Origin: Folioceros fuciformis
Lineage: Eukaryota
Assembly: GCA_049999805.1 (NCBI GenBank)
Contig: JBNGIO010006282.1
Span: 126,921-190,920 of the forward strand
Length of the DNA: 64,000 bases
Direction: 5' to 3'
In this document: one piece after another, positions 1 through 13,539 of the stretch
How the letters are laid out: every line of letters begins with the position of its first letter
How positions within the stretch are numbered: position 1 is the first letter of the stretch
Notes under the pieces: generated by a model
Told to the model about the DNA's origin: nothing
Databases searched by the model: none
Seen by the model: only the letters and a program-made list of their open reading frames with translations
Position numbers and translations under genes: made by a program

Positions 1-935
1 AAGTATCATCGGAGCCCGGGAAAGTTTGAAAGCCCGATGACGTAGTACGGTGAGTGCGCGGGAATTTATGAAGAGCAGCAGTCTATGTACTTCTCCCGCC
101 ATCAAGGGGCTTCTACCCAGCCTCCAGGCTCTTGTTGTGAGACATCAAATAACCCCTGGGCCCTCGCACAATTCATTGCATTGAAAGCTGACCCAGGAAG
201 TTTTGATGGAGACTGATGGTTTGAAGTTGGGAGAGATGCCAACATGCCCCTGTTTGCTCCGCCCAGCTCTCCAGCCCGTGCAGGGAAGGACGCGAACAGG
301 CGGCCTCCTTGGAAGCTGGCAAGGGAGCCGCTGGGGGAGCACAAGCCTTGCGCTAATGGGGGCAGGAGGGGAGTGAATCAGTTCTTTCCACGGAAGTGGT
401 GAATGCCATCCCTCAACCTCCTATGAATGTGAAGCAGCCTAAGGAGGTTGAGGTGGAGAAGGTTCTAATTTCGGCCGTGAGAGCTGGGAAGGCCGCAGGA
501 AGGTATGGTCATTTCGACAATGTGTCTGGCCGGCCAGGTGCACAGTCTGAGAAGAGGGTTGGGTTGAAGCCCTTGGAGGGGGTAAGCAGTGCTGTGGCAG
601 CTGGGAGAGTTTCGGCGGGTGGTTTGAACAGAAGGTTGGCGGATGGGATAGGGTCAGGGATGGCATCAATGGCTCCTGCGGTGATGTGCATTGGGTGCCT
701 TGGGATGATTTTAGTTCAGATGGCTGCAAGGCTGGAGCCATCGGGAGTGGAGATTGTCAGCGCTGTGGAGGTTGGAGAAGGGGTTGAAGTTGGTGCCATT
801 TTTGGTACCCCCAGTTGCTCCGATGATGATCATGAAGACATGGGTCCAATGGTGGAGACATCTAGCTCCCCAAAATTGGTGAGGAAGCTGAAGGGACCCT
901 GCCTATCCACCAGGTATAGGCTTCTCCACTCCCTC

Positions 936-1130
936 CATGCTGTGATGTGCTATGCTGAGCTGGGCTGGGCCTGTACAAGCAAACATGAAGAATGGCTTGT
1001 CTGCATAACCTCAGCTGCTTTGTAGCAAGGGCAAAAGCTCACACACAATACAATGAACTGGGAGACCAGACAAGGCTAGGCTAGGCCATGCCAGGGGCCA
1101 TGAACCTCACAGCCCACACGTGAGGAGGAT
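936..1130 (+). repeat. Diverged direct copy of the 5'/upstream block of the TRN1-like pseudogene (partner at ~3184-3375)
   Basis: The segments catgctgtg...caagcaaacatgaagaatggcttgt...tttgtagcaagggc...gggagaccagacaagg align colinearly with catgctgtg...caagcaaatatgatgaatggattgt...tttgtagcaggggc...gggagaccggacaagg at 3184-3310. Confidence 0.75.
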
Positions 1131-1547
1131 AAAGATACCAAGCCTTACTTCCCTCCCCCACTTGTCACAACAGGATAGAACATGACTGTTGCTACACTGC
1201 TCCGTGCAGGAGAGATGCCTTCCTTCACATGGAAGGTAGGTTTGTGGAGCGTCAAATCCCACCACCTGAGCTCAGCTCAACTAGGCTCCTAGCCCGTTCA
1301 TCGTCATCCCCCTTTGGACGTTTTCCCTTTGAATGGGACTGTCCTTCCGGGTGGCTTCAAATCCCACATCATATTTAAGTCGAAAGTATATACAGTATTG
1401 TGCCCGTCAAAAAGAGAATGGTCAGATCGCGTATTCGAATGAGAAACGGTCTGTTTGTTGTTTTAAGCTGTGGGTTCATAAAAAGGTCGGCCTCCAGTCT
1501 GTACTCAGGTTAGCTCAGCGATGGTACACATGCAGGAGAACACCCTG

Positions 1548-3186
1548 CTACCTCAATGACTCTGCCACCTCGTTGGTGGGCATGTACGCAAAATTGTGGG
1601 GACTAGAGGAGAGGAATGATGCCCTGCTTGGCCTCAAAGGATGTGAGGATGTGGATCTGAGATACATGTGGAGAGACAGTTGTTCCCGGAATCGGACTTG
1701 ATTGGGTAACGCGGTTCCTGTGTGTGGTCGCAATGCGCGCCATGCAGTAATCATGCTGGTGCGGAGAGTGGTCTTCCCTGCGTAAGGTGCACCGCACAGG
1801 ACAAGGCGCCCGACCCGGGGCTTCACAGCCTCTTGCCCCTCCAAAAGCAAAGGCCGGTAGGCCCTGTGAGTAACGTTGCGTGCCAGCGTCGCGTTGATGA
1901 TGGCCTGCTTTCCCTCCCTCTCCCAGTTTGTGCCTCCTGTGTTGATCTTCTGTAAAGTGGTGTTGACTTGGAGGGACTCCATCAACTCTCTGAACAGCAT
2001 CGTCGAGTTGGTAGCAACCTAGAATGTTGAGTTCATTCAAAGACATTCTTCTCCAAAGACAGCACCAAAGCTTTCAAGAAAGAGGGCCAAAGAATCTGCC
2101 TCAGAGTCAGGATACGTAATGATTTGCATTGCAGAAACGACATCGAAGATTCACTTAACGATTCGTCACCGTCATAGTCGAACAACTCAAGCTTGTAGAG
2201 GGTGGAGTTGTGGCGCCAGGCGACCAGGCCGAACTTGACAGCCAAACCGTTGATAATAAGCTCCGTGATACAATCGTTGGTGCGCAACACTCCGGCCAGC
2301 GCGTCGGCCAGGTCTGGCTCCTCGTTGTCCCGGATATCCAACATCAGCTTGGTGACCCCAGATATGGCGGCATGGGAATCAGCATCAGCACGGGTGAAAG
2401 CAAGTTTCAACACAGTGCTCATGGACACCAGGCTGCCCTATACGGAACCGCAACCTGCATTACGCCGACCCGGGTATTTATCATCCAGATAAAGCTCCCT
2501 GAGCGTGGCACAGAGCGGAAGAGCGTTTGCAATACACCAGGCAGGAGAGCGTTTGCAATACACTGGGCTCCCGCCTCATCCATGAAGAGAAGTCGTAAAC
2601 CCAGGGTATTGAGACGGGGAGCGGTGGCCAGCATGCAAGCGAGTTGCTGTCCCCCTTCAGCATCTCCCACAATGTTGCGCCTTAGGTCCAAATACTCCAG
2701 GACAGAATCCTTGTTGAAGCCATCGACCAGAGCACCAAGTCCAGCGGCATCAAGCCCAATCTCGCGAGCCTCCAGCCGTCGCAAGCTGCGACTGGAAGCA
2801 ATAAGCTGGCCCAGGGCCTTGCAACCCGCCAGCCTTCCAAAACCTTTGCTCCCGAATAGATCAAGAGCTTCCAGGGAAGCGTTGGGTGCCAGGGCCCCCA
2901 ACACAACCACGGATTCATCCTCCCGACCGATGCCGATTTCTCACTCCGAAAAGATCCTCAGGCCACCGCGGAGACTGCGGCACTGGCCAATAGCTGTTAA
3001 TACCCGCTTGCGCACTCGCCAGTGCCTACCATCCGTCCTCGTGGAAGCTCCCTTTCTGAAGAAATCGCCGTACTCCATTTTGCCCAAGTAGGGGAGTTCG
3101 GACAAGGCATTACGTTCCAGATGTTCCAGCAGCTGTTGCAACCTATCCGGCAACTCGCGCCCGTCATAGTCCTCCTGGTCCGCCAT
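1548..3186 (-). pseudogene. TORNADO1-like LRR-ROC (ROCO) gene, disrupted and 3'-truncated
   Basis: RI-like LRR segments (LEALDL, LRRLEA, LEYLDLRRNIVG, NSTLYKLEL, VNTTLQKIN) are followed by a ROC-type P-loop, RLVLCGAPYAGKTTL. Lesions: in-frame TGA at 2941-2943, a 26-nt frameshifting insertion at ~2521-2563, and further frame changes near ~2430, ~2040 and ~2000. No rest of ROC/COR is recognisable. Confidence 0.75.
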
Positions 3187-3261
3187 GCTGTGCTAAGCTG
3201 CGATTCCCAATGCAAGCAAATATGATGAATGGATTGTATGTATCATCCGTTTTGTAGCAGG

Positions 3262-3450
3262 GGCAGCAACCTCACAGCACCGCTCGAGGATTGGGAGACC
3301 GGACAAGGATAGGCCAGGGGACAGCAACCTCACAAGCACACACTCGAGGAGGATTGGCAGACCACACAAGGATAGGCTATGGGACATCAACCTCAAAGGA
3401 CACACTCGAAGCGGATCCCGATTGGAACACCAGACAAGGCCCGATAGGCT
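3262..3450 (+). repeat. Three degenerate ~60-bp tandem units upstream of the TRN1-like gene
   Basis: The motif (c)aacctca..cac(a)c(a/g)ctcga..gattgg..acc..acaagg..atagg recurs three times. Confidence 0.65.
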
Positions 3451-4148
3451 GAGCCGAGCTGTGCTGAGCCGTGCGGAGCTCTTCCTACTGAGGATGTGGA
3501 CCAGACGTGTAAGTGGTACTTCAAAACACAAATTAAAAAGACTTCATAACCGTGGAGGAAAATGCAAGCAACGTTTTCATAAGTTATATGCATTCACAGA
3601 GGAAATAATATGGAACGCATAATAGTCACCCGCTTCCAACATCGTCAGGACCTGCAGCAGCAATGTGATCATCATTCAAGAACAAACCCTAGCAAACTGC
3701 TTGAGGAGGATGTTCCCGGTGTTACTGGCTTGCTTCTATATTCTTAGAGGGAGCAGGAGCTCCCGCAGGTGGGACGCTATGCTTACAGAGACGAGCAAGA
3801 TTCACCTGCAAAGGTTTAGGTTGACAAGACATACATATTGGCAGACAAGAAGCATCGATACCCCTGTTATTGTTTGCAACTCTCCCGGCGCATCTATTCC
3901 CACCTATTTGTAGCAGGATCCTGCCGCCTTCCCAAAGCAGAATCCAGCTGCCTTGTCTTGAGAGGGAACAGAACAAAACAAAGGAAGCTGATAAGTGCAA
4001 CTGATTGGACGGAAGGATCTATACACCACACGCTAGATCTCGTGCGGGTCTGCAATGGAACAAAATTTTGTTACGGCTGGTGGGACTAGCCGGGCGTCGA
4101 GGACGACTGTTTCCGACACCCTGATCACCGCGCCTGGTCAGAGGCTGC

Positions 4149-7100
4149 TTAGCGCTTCCCATTGCCCCGAAGACACTGCACAAACAGATGCCAAGATGAA
4201 GTACGTGTAACCAATCTGACGACATGTTTGCAAATGGAGAAACGCAAAACAAACATTAGCCAGCATGGAAAAGAGTAATACCTTGTAGCAAACTATTGAG
4301 TTGTCGGGATAGCGGGCGAAGGGCTTAGTGCCAATTCGCGCATTGCAGGATCCACATGTGCTGTCTAATGTGATCTGTACACTCTGTGTAAGCGCTTCTA
4401 CCTTTTGTACTCGGGCTTCCAGGTTGCCGGCCCGGACAAGATGTCTCGCCAACTAGAAAAATCAGCACGAACAGGATGCATCTATTACGCAATGACCACA
4501 GGTAAGCATAATCACGTTCACGGGATGAAAATGTGCCTATCTTGTGGGATAAGTGTGTGCGAATTCTACCTGCCCTTGCACATGCCTGTGAACTCGTTCA
4601 CGCAGCAGACATGCAATTGTACCGTATGCTGTTGAAAGAGGCATGTTGAAAGGAAGCGCCTGCAAGAAGGCAAAACCCTCAGATGAACAGGCACACAGAA
4701 AACATGATCCACGAAAATCAGAAAGCCCTGGGAATGAGCCCTCTGGCCTTGGAGGACAGAGGGCTGCAAATGAGGACAAACCTCAAGAACGCGGAGAGAA
4801 TCCAATACGAGGCCATGATGATGGAGAAGACGAAGAGCTGCACTGTGCATCCGCTCCTTTTGTGGACCAGGCTGGAAATACATTTCCAGCAATCTGTGCA
4901 CATTCACCAGCTTTAGTGGAATCTATGGAAACGGGAGATGGTCTCTGGTTCCACAAAACGGCAAGTTCGAGACACTCACTGCATATACACATCTGGCCTC
5001 CCAAGCTCTTCACAGTATCGCTCTGCTGCGTCGAAGTCCTCCAGTTTTCTACAGACAGTGAGGACATCGTAAGTGCCTCCCTATTCCCTTCAATTCTGCA
5101 ATTACTTTCAATGGAAAAGGAAGAAATCTCCAAATCTCTACAAAGAACCTACAAAGCTAGTATCCGAAGAGCAGACATTACATCTCCGAGTCTTTGATGG
5201 AGAATAACCTGCATCATACCAGCCAGTACGTGGTCAGACGAGGTCCCAAGCCGTAGAACTGCTGGTCAAAAGCTCGCCAGAACTAAACGAGAGACAAGTC
5301 CTTTCAAGCTACTACCTGCTCACGCCATAGCTCTAAACCCTGTATTTCCATCAACACGGTGTCTGCCGAATATTTGTCAGAAGACACCAGAAATGACTGC
5401 AAAGCCTCCCTGAAGTACGCAGTGCTGTGATCTGATGACACAGTACTTCTAGTTGAGTGATCTGAGTGCATGCTGGTAGACTCGGAGCTTTGGGCCCCAA
5501 GCTTCAACCCATTAGCTTCCAGAATCTTGCCATTCCTATGATGTGCGCCTCTATCTACCACTTTTGAAACAGTGATTTCATCCCTGCATGACGCACCAGA
5601 CTTGGTGCTTGTCCCGTTTAGAGAGGCTCTGGCAAGCAACAGAGCAAGTAGCGTGTGATGATATGGCTCTTCAGAACCCTGGTCCAGTACTAGCCACTGC
5701 AGATATCTGAAAGGATCAGCACAGATCTTGAGTAAGTAGAGTGTAATCAGAGCCTTACCACAGGCTTCAAAATTGCCTACGCGTCTACTCTCGTCAATTA
5801 CCTCCTCAGTATCGAGCCTTCTTCAACCTGTAACAGCTTCAATACCCTCTCTGCGAGATATGCACACCCGCAAACTGATCAGACATCTTTGGCCAGGAGA
5901 TGACCACTGCAAACATAAATTTGACCAGGCCGTCACAGCATGCAACGTTTCGAGAATCAGCTGTCAGTTACCTGATGGAAGGACTTTGTCACGACGAGTC
6001 GATGTCAACACTTGAAGAGCAAGGTCTCCGCTGAGCTCCAAGATCTATCATCAGCCGGTGACCAATAAGCTTTTTAGGGTAGCAACGACTAGCATTGGAT
6101 CTGTCTGTCTCTCGATATACGTAGCTTCCATGTCAGAAGTTCCAGCCATGCAGAACGATCATCAACAATCTGGTTGCGAATATTAGAGTTGGCAACTCAC
6201 CCAAGGCATATGATGTAGAACCAAGTCACAGTCATTGGCAACCTCAAGAAGTCGTGCAGCCTGAGTTGCGGCTTCCGTGCGAGGAAGGGGGGCCACCGGT
6301 ACAGAGCATGCAGAGCTCCTGACAGGTGCTCTTTTCCCTTGTGCTAAACGTTGCCAGACTTGCAGAGCAGACAATGTTAATCCCTTGTTCTCGTATAGAA
6401 GTGCTAGCGCATGTAGCAGCTCCAACTCCAGCGTTGTGTATTCATGGTCTGGGGATCGAGGAGAACAGTCCAACAGACCCTCCACCTCCGCCTGCAGAGG
6501 CAATGCGAGCCACCACGTCACCTTGCCTGCAGGTCTCTGCCCTCTCTACCCTCAGCTTCCCTGTCTTGCAAGAAAGTCCGTTGTAGTACTGCATTCCCAG
6601 CACCCAGAATCCAGCTGCTCTCAACATCCAGGCAATGCATACAGGATCTGACCTCTACTTAAGGCACCTAGCTATTGCTGTGAGCGCAACTCTGCAGAGA
6701 TTCTCACCACAAGGGAAACTGGAAAATACCTTTCACAAAATGACAACAGTACAGACTCGGAACGATAACATGAAAAAATGACCCTAGGCATGTGCCATCT
6801 CTTGAAAACTGATCGATGTCATGCCTCACTGCACTTGGGTCGCAATTCACAAACCATGATAACGCAGCCAGACCTTGATACTGTGGAGTTCACTCCCTAC
6901 TCACAGGCCACTGCTTCACGAAACCACAGACCAGACAACTTGGACAAATTCATACCAGGATGCAACTGTTTTCTGAAGACGCAAGCTGCCTCAACTCAAT
7001 GCTATTGCCAAGTTTGATATACAATTTCATCAGCAGCGTGTCCACACCTTCTTTTTCTTCACCGCTCATCATCTTTCCACGCACAGATGAAAGATACCTA

Positions 7101-9526
7101 CAACCCACAAGAGTTGGCAAAATGATAAAAGCACTCAAGCTACAGTTAACAAATACTTAAGGACCACAGAGACAGGAAAAAAAATGGCTAACCGCGAAAT
7201 GTGCTTCACAGCCAGCAGAAAAAATTCCTCCTGCTTGGCAGAGAAATTCGTGTCTTTGACATTGACACCCTGTCCATACATGCCTCTTCGCTCTTGCAGA
7301 GCATTTGCTATGACCGTTTCAATGGGCTGAGGAGGAGGATGTAGACCCCAGTATCTCTTTCGTGGTATCTGCACATTCGTCAACATCAATTGAGAATGAA
7401 GGGCAGAGTTTCCTGCATCAAACGAAGCTGAAACCAGTCCAACAAGCAGATGCGATAGAACAGGACACACGTACCACAGACCGCCATCGAGTAGTCTCAG
7501 CTGGAAAAAATCGGAACAGCTCAAAAGGATGTAATAAATCAGACTCCAAAAAGTGGTCAATAGCTTCCTCGAAGCATAAGTCACACNNNNNNNNNNNNNN
7601 NNNNNNNNNNNNNNNNNNNNNNNNNNNNNNNNNNNNNNNNNNNNNNNNNNNNNNNNNNNNNNNNNNNNNNNNNNNNNNNNNNNNNNCATAAGTCACACAG
7701 AAGCAAGAATCCTGCCTCCACGTGAACAATTCCTAACCTTACGGCTGCACCGCTGCCACCGGAATTTTCCAGACACTCTTTTGCTAACTGAACAGCCTCA
7801 TTGTATTCCTTTTGTTTCAGAAGATCCTTTGCCTGATCATCCGCTGACACTTGCTGCAAGCACCATATCTGAGGCATACAGTTTTCCGGTAAGCCCGGGC
7901 CGCAACAGATTTGTTTTTGCTTGACCAGGTAATGAACGGAAATTTTACCTTTGCACCACTGGCTACAACAAGAAAACTTCCATCGTCATCATCCACAATG
8001 AGAGAGGGGCCGTCTGCAGCGTCTGTCAAAACAGTCTGTATCTTTTTGCATGTTTTGCGATGGTAAAGCTCAACTTGACCACTCGTTGCTGCCGCCAGAT
8101 AAGGGGTACTAAGAGCAAGGGTATCCGGCACGCTTTTGAATACCACACTGCCTGCTCTAGGTTCTCCCTTGGTATTCACAACAGTCCCCAGTGTATCAAG
8201 CATCAGAAGAACTTCAAAATCATGAGGAATGGGCTTCAACAAAGGAGGCCTCAACGGATCCTGGGGAAGAGCCATAGAGAAAAGCGCTTGCCCACTGAGT
8301 ACAGAGAACAGCGTGTACTCACGAAGCGAAGCTGCAAATATAACATTGCCCACCCAAGCCAATGTAACCACGTTCTCCAATCCCACTATTTCCTTCACCA
8401 ACCGTGCCGAGGACTTTTCCTTCATCCCCTTTCTGATAGGATCAACCTTGTACAGCAGCAACTTTTTCTTCACAGCAACAACAAGCCTTCCGGATTCTCG
8501 TTCCCCTCCTGCCCGCCCGACCATGGCAGCATGCCTCCCAAGCTTGACTGTCTTGCTAAACCTGAAAGTTCCTCGGATCTCACCGAATTTGCTCGAAATA
8601 GAGCGTGCCTGTGTCGACCTCCTTCCCACACCCTGACCATCCGATTCCAGGCCTTCGAAATCATCCTCCGAACCTCCTCCCCACTCCTGTGCAGGGAGAG
8701 CACCGGTCTGTCCAGCAGGTGAACTCTTCTGCGAGTCCGTTTCATGGGGATACCCACGCGCCATGGCTGAAGCCCCCCTCGTCGCGACCAGAAACTCCAT
8801 CGAGTCTAGAGTGTTGCTCACCAAGGCAACCTCTCCATCCCACAGAACTGCCACCCGACCAGCCTCGGGAATCACACAAATGCTCTCCACGGGGCTCCAA
8901 CTACCGAGCGACTTATGCGCCCTCAGCTTCATCACGTACTCAGGTTTCCCGGCCCTGGGTCTGGAATCCTCCACGTCGCTGAGGTACAGCGGCGAAGAAG
9001 CTGCCAGGCCCCCATACCCCAGCCCCTCGTCTCGATCATCATCTTGCGAAGGAGCTGCAGAGAGGGGCGGGGACGGCGAGGGGCTGGCATACCCGTCTCC
9101 TGCAGACAAGAGCGATACGACAAAATTGGGCGCAGCTCCCATCCAGGCAGTCCCAGCTCTCGCAGCCACGAGAGCAGGTTCCGACGCCCTTCCCGGAGAC
9201 CAGCCAGACCAGGACGACGCAACTGCTGGCTGCTGGAGCGAGGGGAAGCTGAAGTCGGATGTCGCGTCCTTGACGCGTACAGGAGGAGGAACAAGTTGCG
9301 GCTGTGCAGCATCGGGGTACGGTGCGGAAATGGTGAAGAGCAGCAACTGGCCGGTGTCTGTGCCCAGGTAGAGCAGGCGGTGGCCCCCTGTGGTACCTCT
9401 CAGCAGCGCAATCGATCTGAACCGGCAAGCAGGGATGGAAGCTTCTCGTAGAGGGTACGCCTCCAAGGCTACTCGGAGGACAACCCTTTCCACCGTGCCT
9501 TCCCTCTCGTCGGCCTCCTCTTCCAT
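4149..9526 (-). CDS. VPS3: VPS3 / TGFBRAP1-like (Vam6/Vps39 family) CORVET tethering subunit, multi-exon
   Basis: Large first exon with a CNH-type beta-propeller (LYLGTDTGQLLLF, LVVAVKKKLLLY). Vps39-type helical exons (GVDTLLMKLY, LHALALLYENKG, YHTLLALLL). C-terminal zinc motif CGSCNARIGTKPFARYPDNSIVCYK. The last exon and stop are approximate. Confidence 0.85.
7587..7686. other. Assembly gap of 100 N with identical 12-bp flanks
   Basis: cataagtcacac occurs at 7575-7586 and again at 7687-7698. Confidence 0.95.
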
Positions 9527-10543
9527 CGTTTCATGAAATCCAGATCCTGCTCACACACGGAGGCGTGTAGCAGCATCCCGCTTCCCCGCACCGTACCAGT
9601 AATCCAGCATGTCGCGTGCTCTCAATCAAACGCCAGCACAATCCTGGCGTTGGTGCGTGTTCCTGCCACCTGAAGAGCAAATTCAGCGCCCTGGTGTTAC
9701 AGGCGAGTCACCATGATGTGAGTCCTATTTATATTGTCCCGTGTCTCTCTATGTAAGTACGTTGACATGGCCTACCGTGCGGGTCCGAGTTCATGCCCCA
9801 ATCGTAACTCCTGATTCCATTGTAGTAGTCTAGGCCAATCGACCCACCTTCCTACAGCGGTCCCTGAGCGATGGCCACAGTAAGGGCAGACGGCCCAACA
9901 AATTGGTGAGTGTTGCGTTTGCCTGCCTTTTGGAAACCAGGGCAAGCTCTAGTCACAAACAGACAGGCAGGCACGCAGTCTCACACGATGAAAAGAGGCA
10001 GCACCCAGCTGGACAAACAGATGATTCAGATACCAGCCTCTCGAGTCAAGTTCAACAGTGAGCTTGAAAATCCAGAACATACATGGAATGCTGGTGGTGA
10101 TTCTCTGAGGAGGTGTGCATCAGAAAAGTGCTCCAAGGATTGGACCTGTCTAGCAACAAACAATCCAAGCTGTGATCGACAAGCTTCAGATACTGCCACT
10201 TGCTGCTGTGGAAGGAATCCATGCACAGGCCAAACATGAGTGAGCTTTCAGTTCTGGACACTGACTAACTCACACGTCGGCATACCGTTCCTACGGGCCG
10301 GGGAGCAACACGCTGATGCGCGAGACCATTTTCAAGAGATTTCGATTAGTAATAACTTCGATTGCCTCCTATAGTGCTTAACCTCCCCAACCTGCAGATC
10401 AGGACCAAGTGTCTGCCTCGGGGTCTACAACTAAGTACATGTATCTATATAGATGCCCAGTGGAAAAGTTATCCTTCTACCGATCAAGCATTCCACGCAA
10501 AGACTGTTGCCAAGGCATATTCAGTACCCGGTGGGGAGGATCC

Positions 10544-13539
10544 TTAGTTCTCTGTAGAACGGTCTGTTGGAGGCCAGGCCGGGAAATATGAGGCCGGTGC
10601 AACGACAGAGGCTTTTCTCACCGGCACAACTGAGTCGTCCGGTACTAGCAGGTGCTTCAGCTCGTGGGTGAGCACATGATGTACTCTGCGAACAAGCTGC
10701 CAAGGCCACCAGGCGTATCAGCACATTCCGCCCCACGATGACTGAGGAGAAAGCATAACTGGGGTACAGTCGATGAGCACACAAACCTCGCCGACACCCT
10801 GTTCTGCTTTGACTGATATGCGGATGGATCCAGGAGGTCCAAGAACCCTGTAACTGTCTTCCTCATTCTCGGGAGGCGACAGGGGTGCCGGTGGCAGCAG
10901 ATCAGCTTTCGATACGACATCTAACCACGGCCGCTCTGAAAATCTGCTCTTCATCTCCTTGTATATATGCCACTTGACATACGGAGAGGTACTTAGCAAC
11001 TTGCAAGGTTTCGGACAAAATGGCAGTGATTATGTAAGTCTCTTCTCTTACCTGATCCACAACCGAAGTTCCACAATCTCCAGTGAGATCGTGTACATAC
11101 AGGACGGCAGTTGGCAGGTGAGACAAGGCCGCGAGGGTCAGTCGCTCTATATTATTCCTTTTCTCTGCAAGAAAAAAAAAGAAGAGAGTCGTTTAGGGAC
11201 CAAGATATTGGTACCAAGTCTTCGTTTCCTTCATGCACAATGGTCATACATAATTGCTGAGTAGACTGCTTCAATAGCTGGACAGTGTTACCATCTGGAC
11301 GTTTGAGAAGCCCAGGTGTGTCTGTCACCTGCAAATGACAGTCAGAAAATAACCACGTGAGACTTCACGCATATCTAATCAAATGCGCATCAATTCGGTC
11401 GCACTGTCAATACAGGAGGTATATCTGTAACTGAGGTACTGCAATGACCGTACCTGGTAGGATTTGGAATCCACAAAGATGTGACCCATTGAAATACCAC
11501 GAGTGGTGAAGGGATAGTTACAAACCTGACACAGTGCGCTAGCGCTTTAGTGCTGGACACTATCAGAGCCACAGCATTGAAGACCACAGAGACAACTGGA
11601 CACAAGGAAATGGTTGTCGGAAGTACCTCTGGTTTTCCAGAGGAAAGAATGCGAACAAGAGATGACTTGCCGACATTCGGGGCGCCTACTAAGCAGAGGG
11701 TGGGAGTCTCTGGGTGCACTACTGGCATGGCTCTAAGGATCTTACAATCAAGACGCACCCAGCATTAGACAGCGGCCCACACCAGTGACAGCAAGAGTAA
11801 CACTCATCTGAGACTGACCTTTGCAACCTCCTTCAAATTGTCCACAGAGCTCCCATATGTCTTGAAGATGTTCTCCAGGCTGGTAAAACCCTATGGTCAA
11901 TCAGCAGATCGTTCACGCTATTGGAAGATAAGAGTCACCAGCAACAAGGTAGGTTGTCGAAGGGAGATTTCTTGTACCACTTGAACGTGCTCCTCTGCCT
12001 CCTTCTTTGTTGAAGACTGGATCCAGCAATTCAGTTGATGAGACTACACAACAATACCTATTTTCAAAAGCAATACAACTGAACAGAGAGTTTGGACCTT
12101 GGCACATAATGATGCTCGATTCTTCCCAACATCAAGAACCTTCTTCCTTAGGAGGTCCACACTATGAAGAGTCTGCAAGGAGCACTTATTAGCAAAAGTT
12201 CTAACAGTCAAGGGAGTGCACGAGACAGTAGTTGAGAGAGGGGGGGAAAAAAAAACCTAGTTCTTAAAAGTCTGAAGGAGAGGGTACCTCCTCATACTTG
12301 CCATCTCCAAGAGTTAGTTCAAGAAGGGCTTGCTCGTAAGGATGAAAGCGATGTAGCTCGGGAAACTTTTGCACGTAATTCCTGAGAGGCACACATAGTT
12401 CCTGGTGAATGGTGACCAGGAGAACGATCGTCAGGCTACGAAACATCATGCGGCCCCAAACAGATCGTGAAATTGTCAGATAAGTCGTACTTTGGTGAGT
12501 GTGTCCACCTGCTTGGCTCCACGATTACGCTCCCGTTTTGCCACATTCATGATGCCTGCAAACATGAAACAAGAGAGGTAAAAATCGTGAGGGATGATTC
12601 CAGATCAAAATGAAGACGAGGCCATAACAACCTTCTATGTTTGCAATGACGTGGCACCTTTCGTAGGTCGAACCATTTTGGCTCTCCTTACAGCTGTGCC
12701 GCAAATCTCGGAGGAAGGGGACACGACCGGGAGCTGTTGAAATGCACCGACTCCAAGGCGTTTGCGAGTCTGATCGGGAATTAATCAACACAGGTTGAGA
12801 CATGTGGAGCTCGGGAAATAGTGAACACATGCTGCTTCTGCCTGTGAGCCCCAGCAGTAACCAGACGTCCAAACACTTCCACAAGGCAAATCCAGCAGCA
12901 TCCCAAAGAGGAAGTCCGACATACTTTCAAAGGTTCCTCGACACCTCCAGATTGTGTAGCAACATCAGCAGGCCCCTCCAGATCGCTCGGGTCCTCAGGC
13001 TTCTGAATTGCATTTTCCACTCGTCGATCCGCTGCACTCCTAAGTCGATCCAATGCACCTACTGACCCAACCCTGCTTGTGTGGATCACGTCCATTCCAC
13101 CTGCATCCACCAACCAGTGCAATCAGGTTGATCCTTCCCGCAATTCACATCAGAGAACATAAACAGGCAATGCAATCCAACATACCAGCGACAGAGCCGA
13201 TGCCACATCTTGCAGACCGGAACACCGGGAAGTTTGTCCTCGGGAAGCGCTTCAGACTGCGAATATGCAAAGACCGCTCCCATTTGGGCAAAAGACCCGT
13301 GGACACAGCTTGCAGCATTGTTTTGCGCATGAAATTGTCACTGCCAGGAGGAATCCATAACCACGGCCTATGCACGCTTCTGTCTCCCCCAAACACAGCC
13401 CTGTCCGGCCGGCAAACAGGCAGCATATAGTCCCAAGGTACGCTCTACGAGATGTGTAGCAGGGTTTAGGGTTTATCCGAATCCACATTAGGGGAACACG
13501 GCCAGCGAAGACAGCAGGGCAAGTCATTCGGGAAATCAT
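10544..13539 (-). CDS. NOG1/Obg-family GTP-binding protein (plastid-type, PDE318-like), multi-exon
   Basis: G1 TLCLVGAPNVGKSSLV, YPFTT, G3 QVTDTPGLL, HLPTAVLYVHDLTGDCGTS, G4 VVSKADLL, and N-terminal FPELHRFHPYEQALLEL. A transit-peptide-like first exon; the last exon LVRRVHHVL...STEN* ends at 10544. Confidence 0.85.

Noticed and set aside
396..1025. 209-aa plus-strand ORF and overlapping low-complexity minus ORFs
   Set aside because: GTG start and no recognisable domain, and it runs into the duplicated TRN1-like 5' block. It may be retroelement debris, but I cannot support that.
2941..2943. In-frame stops (here and at 44038) rescued by U-to-C RNA editing
   Set aside because: Such editing is established for organellar transcripts, whereas these are nuclear genes.
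2210..3091. 293-aa plus-strand ORF
   Set aside because: Antisense shadow of the GC-rich LRR coding region.
3262..3450. Repeat-spacer-like periodicity (CRISPR-like)
   Set aside because: The units are degenerate along their whole length, there are no unique spacers or cas genes, and the context is eukaryotic.
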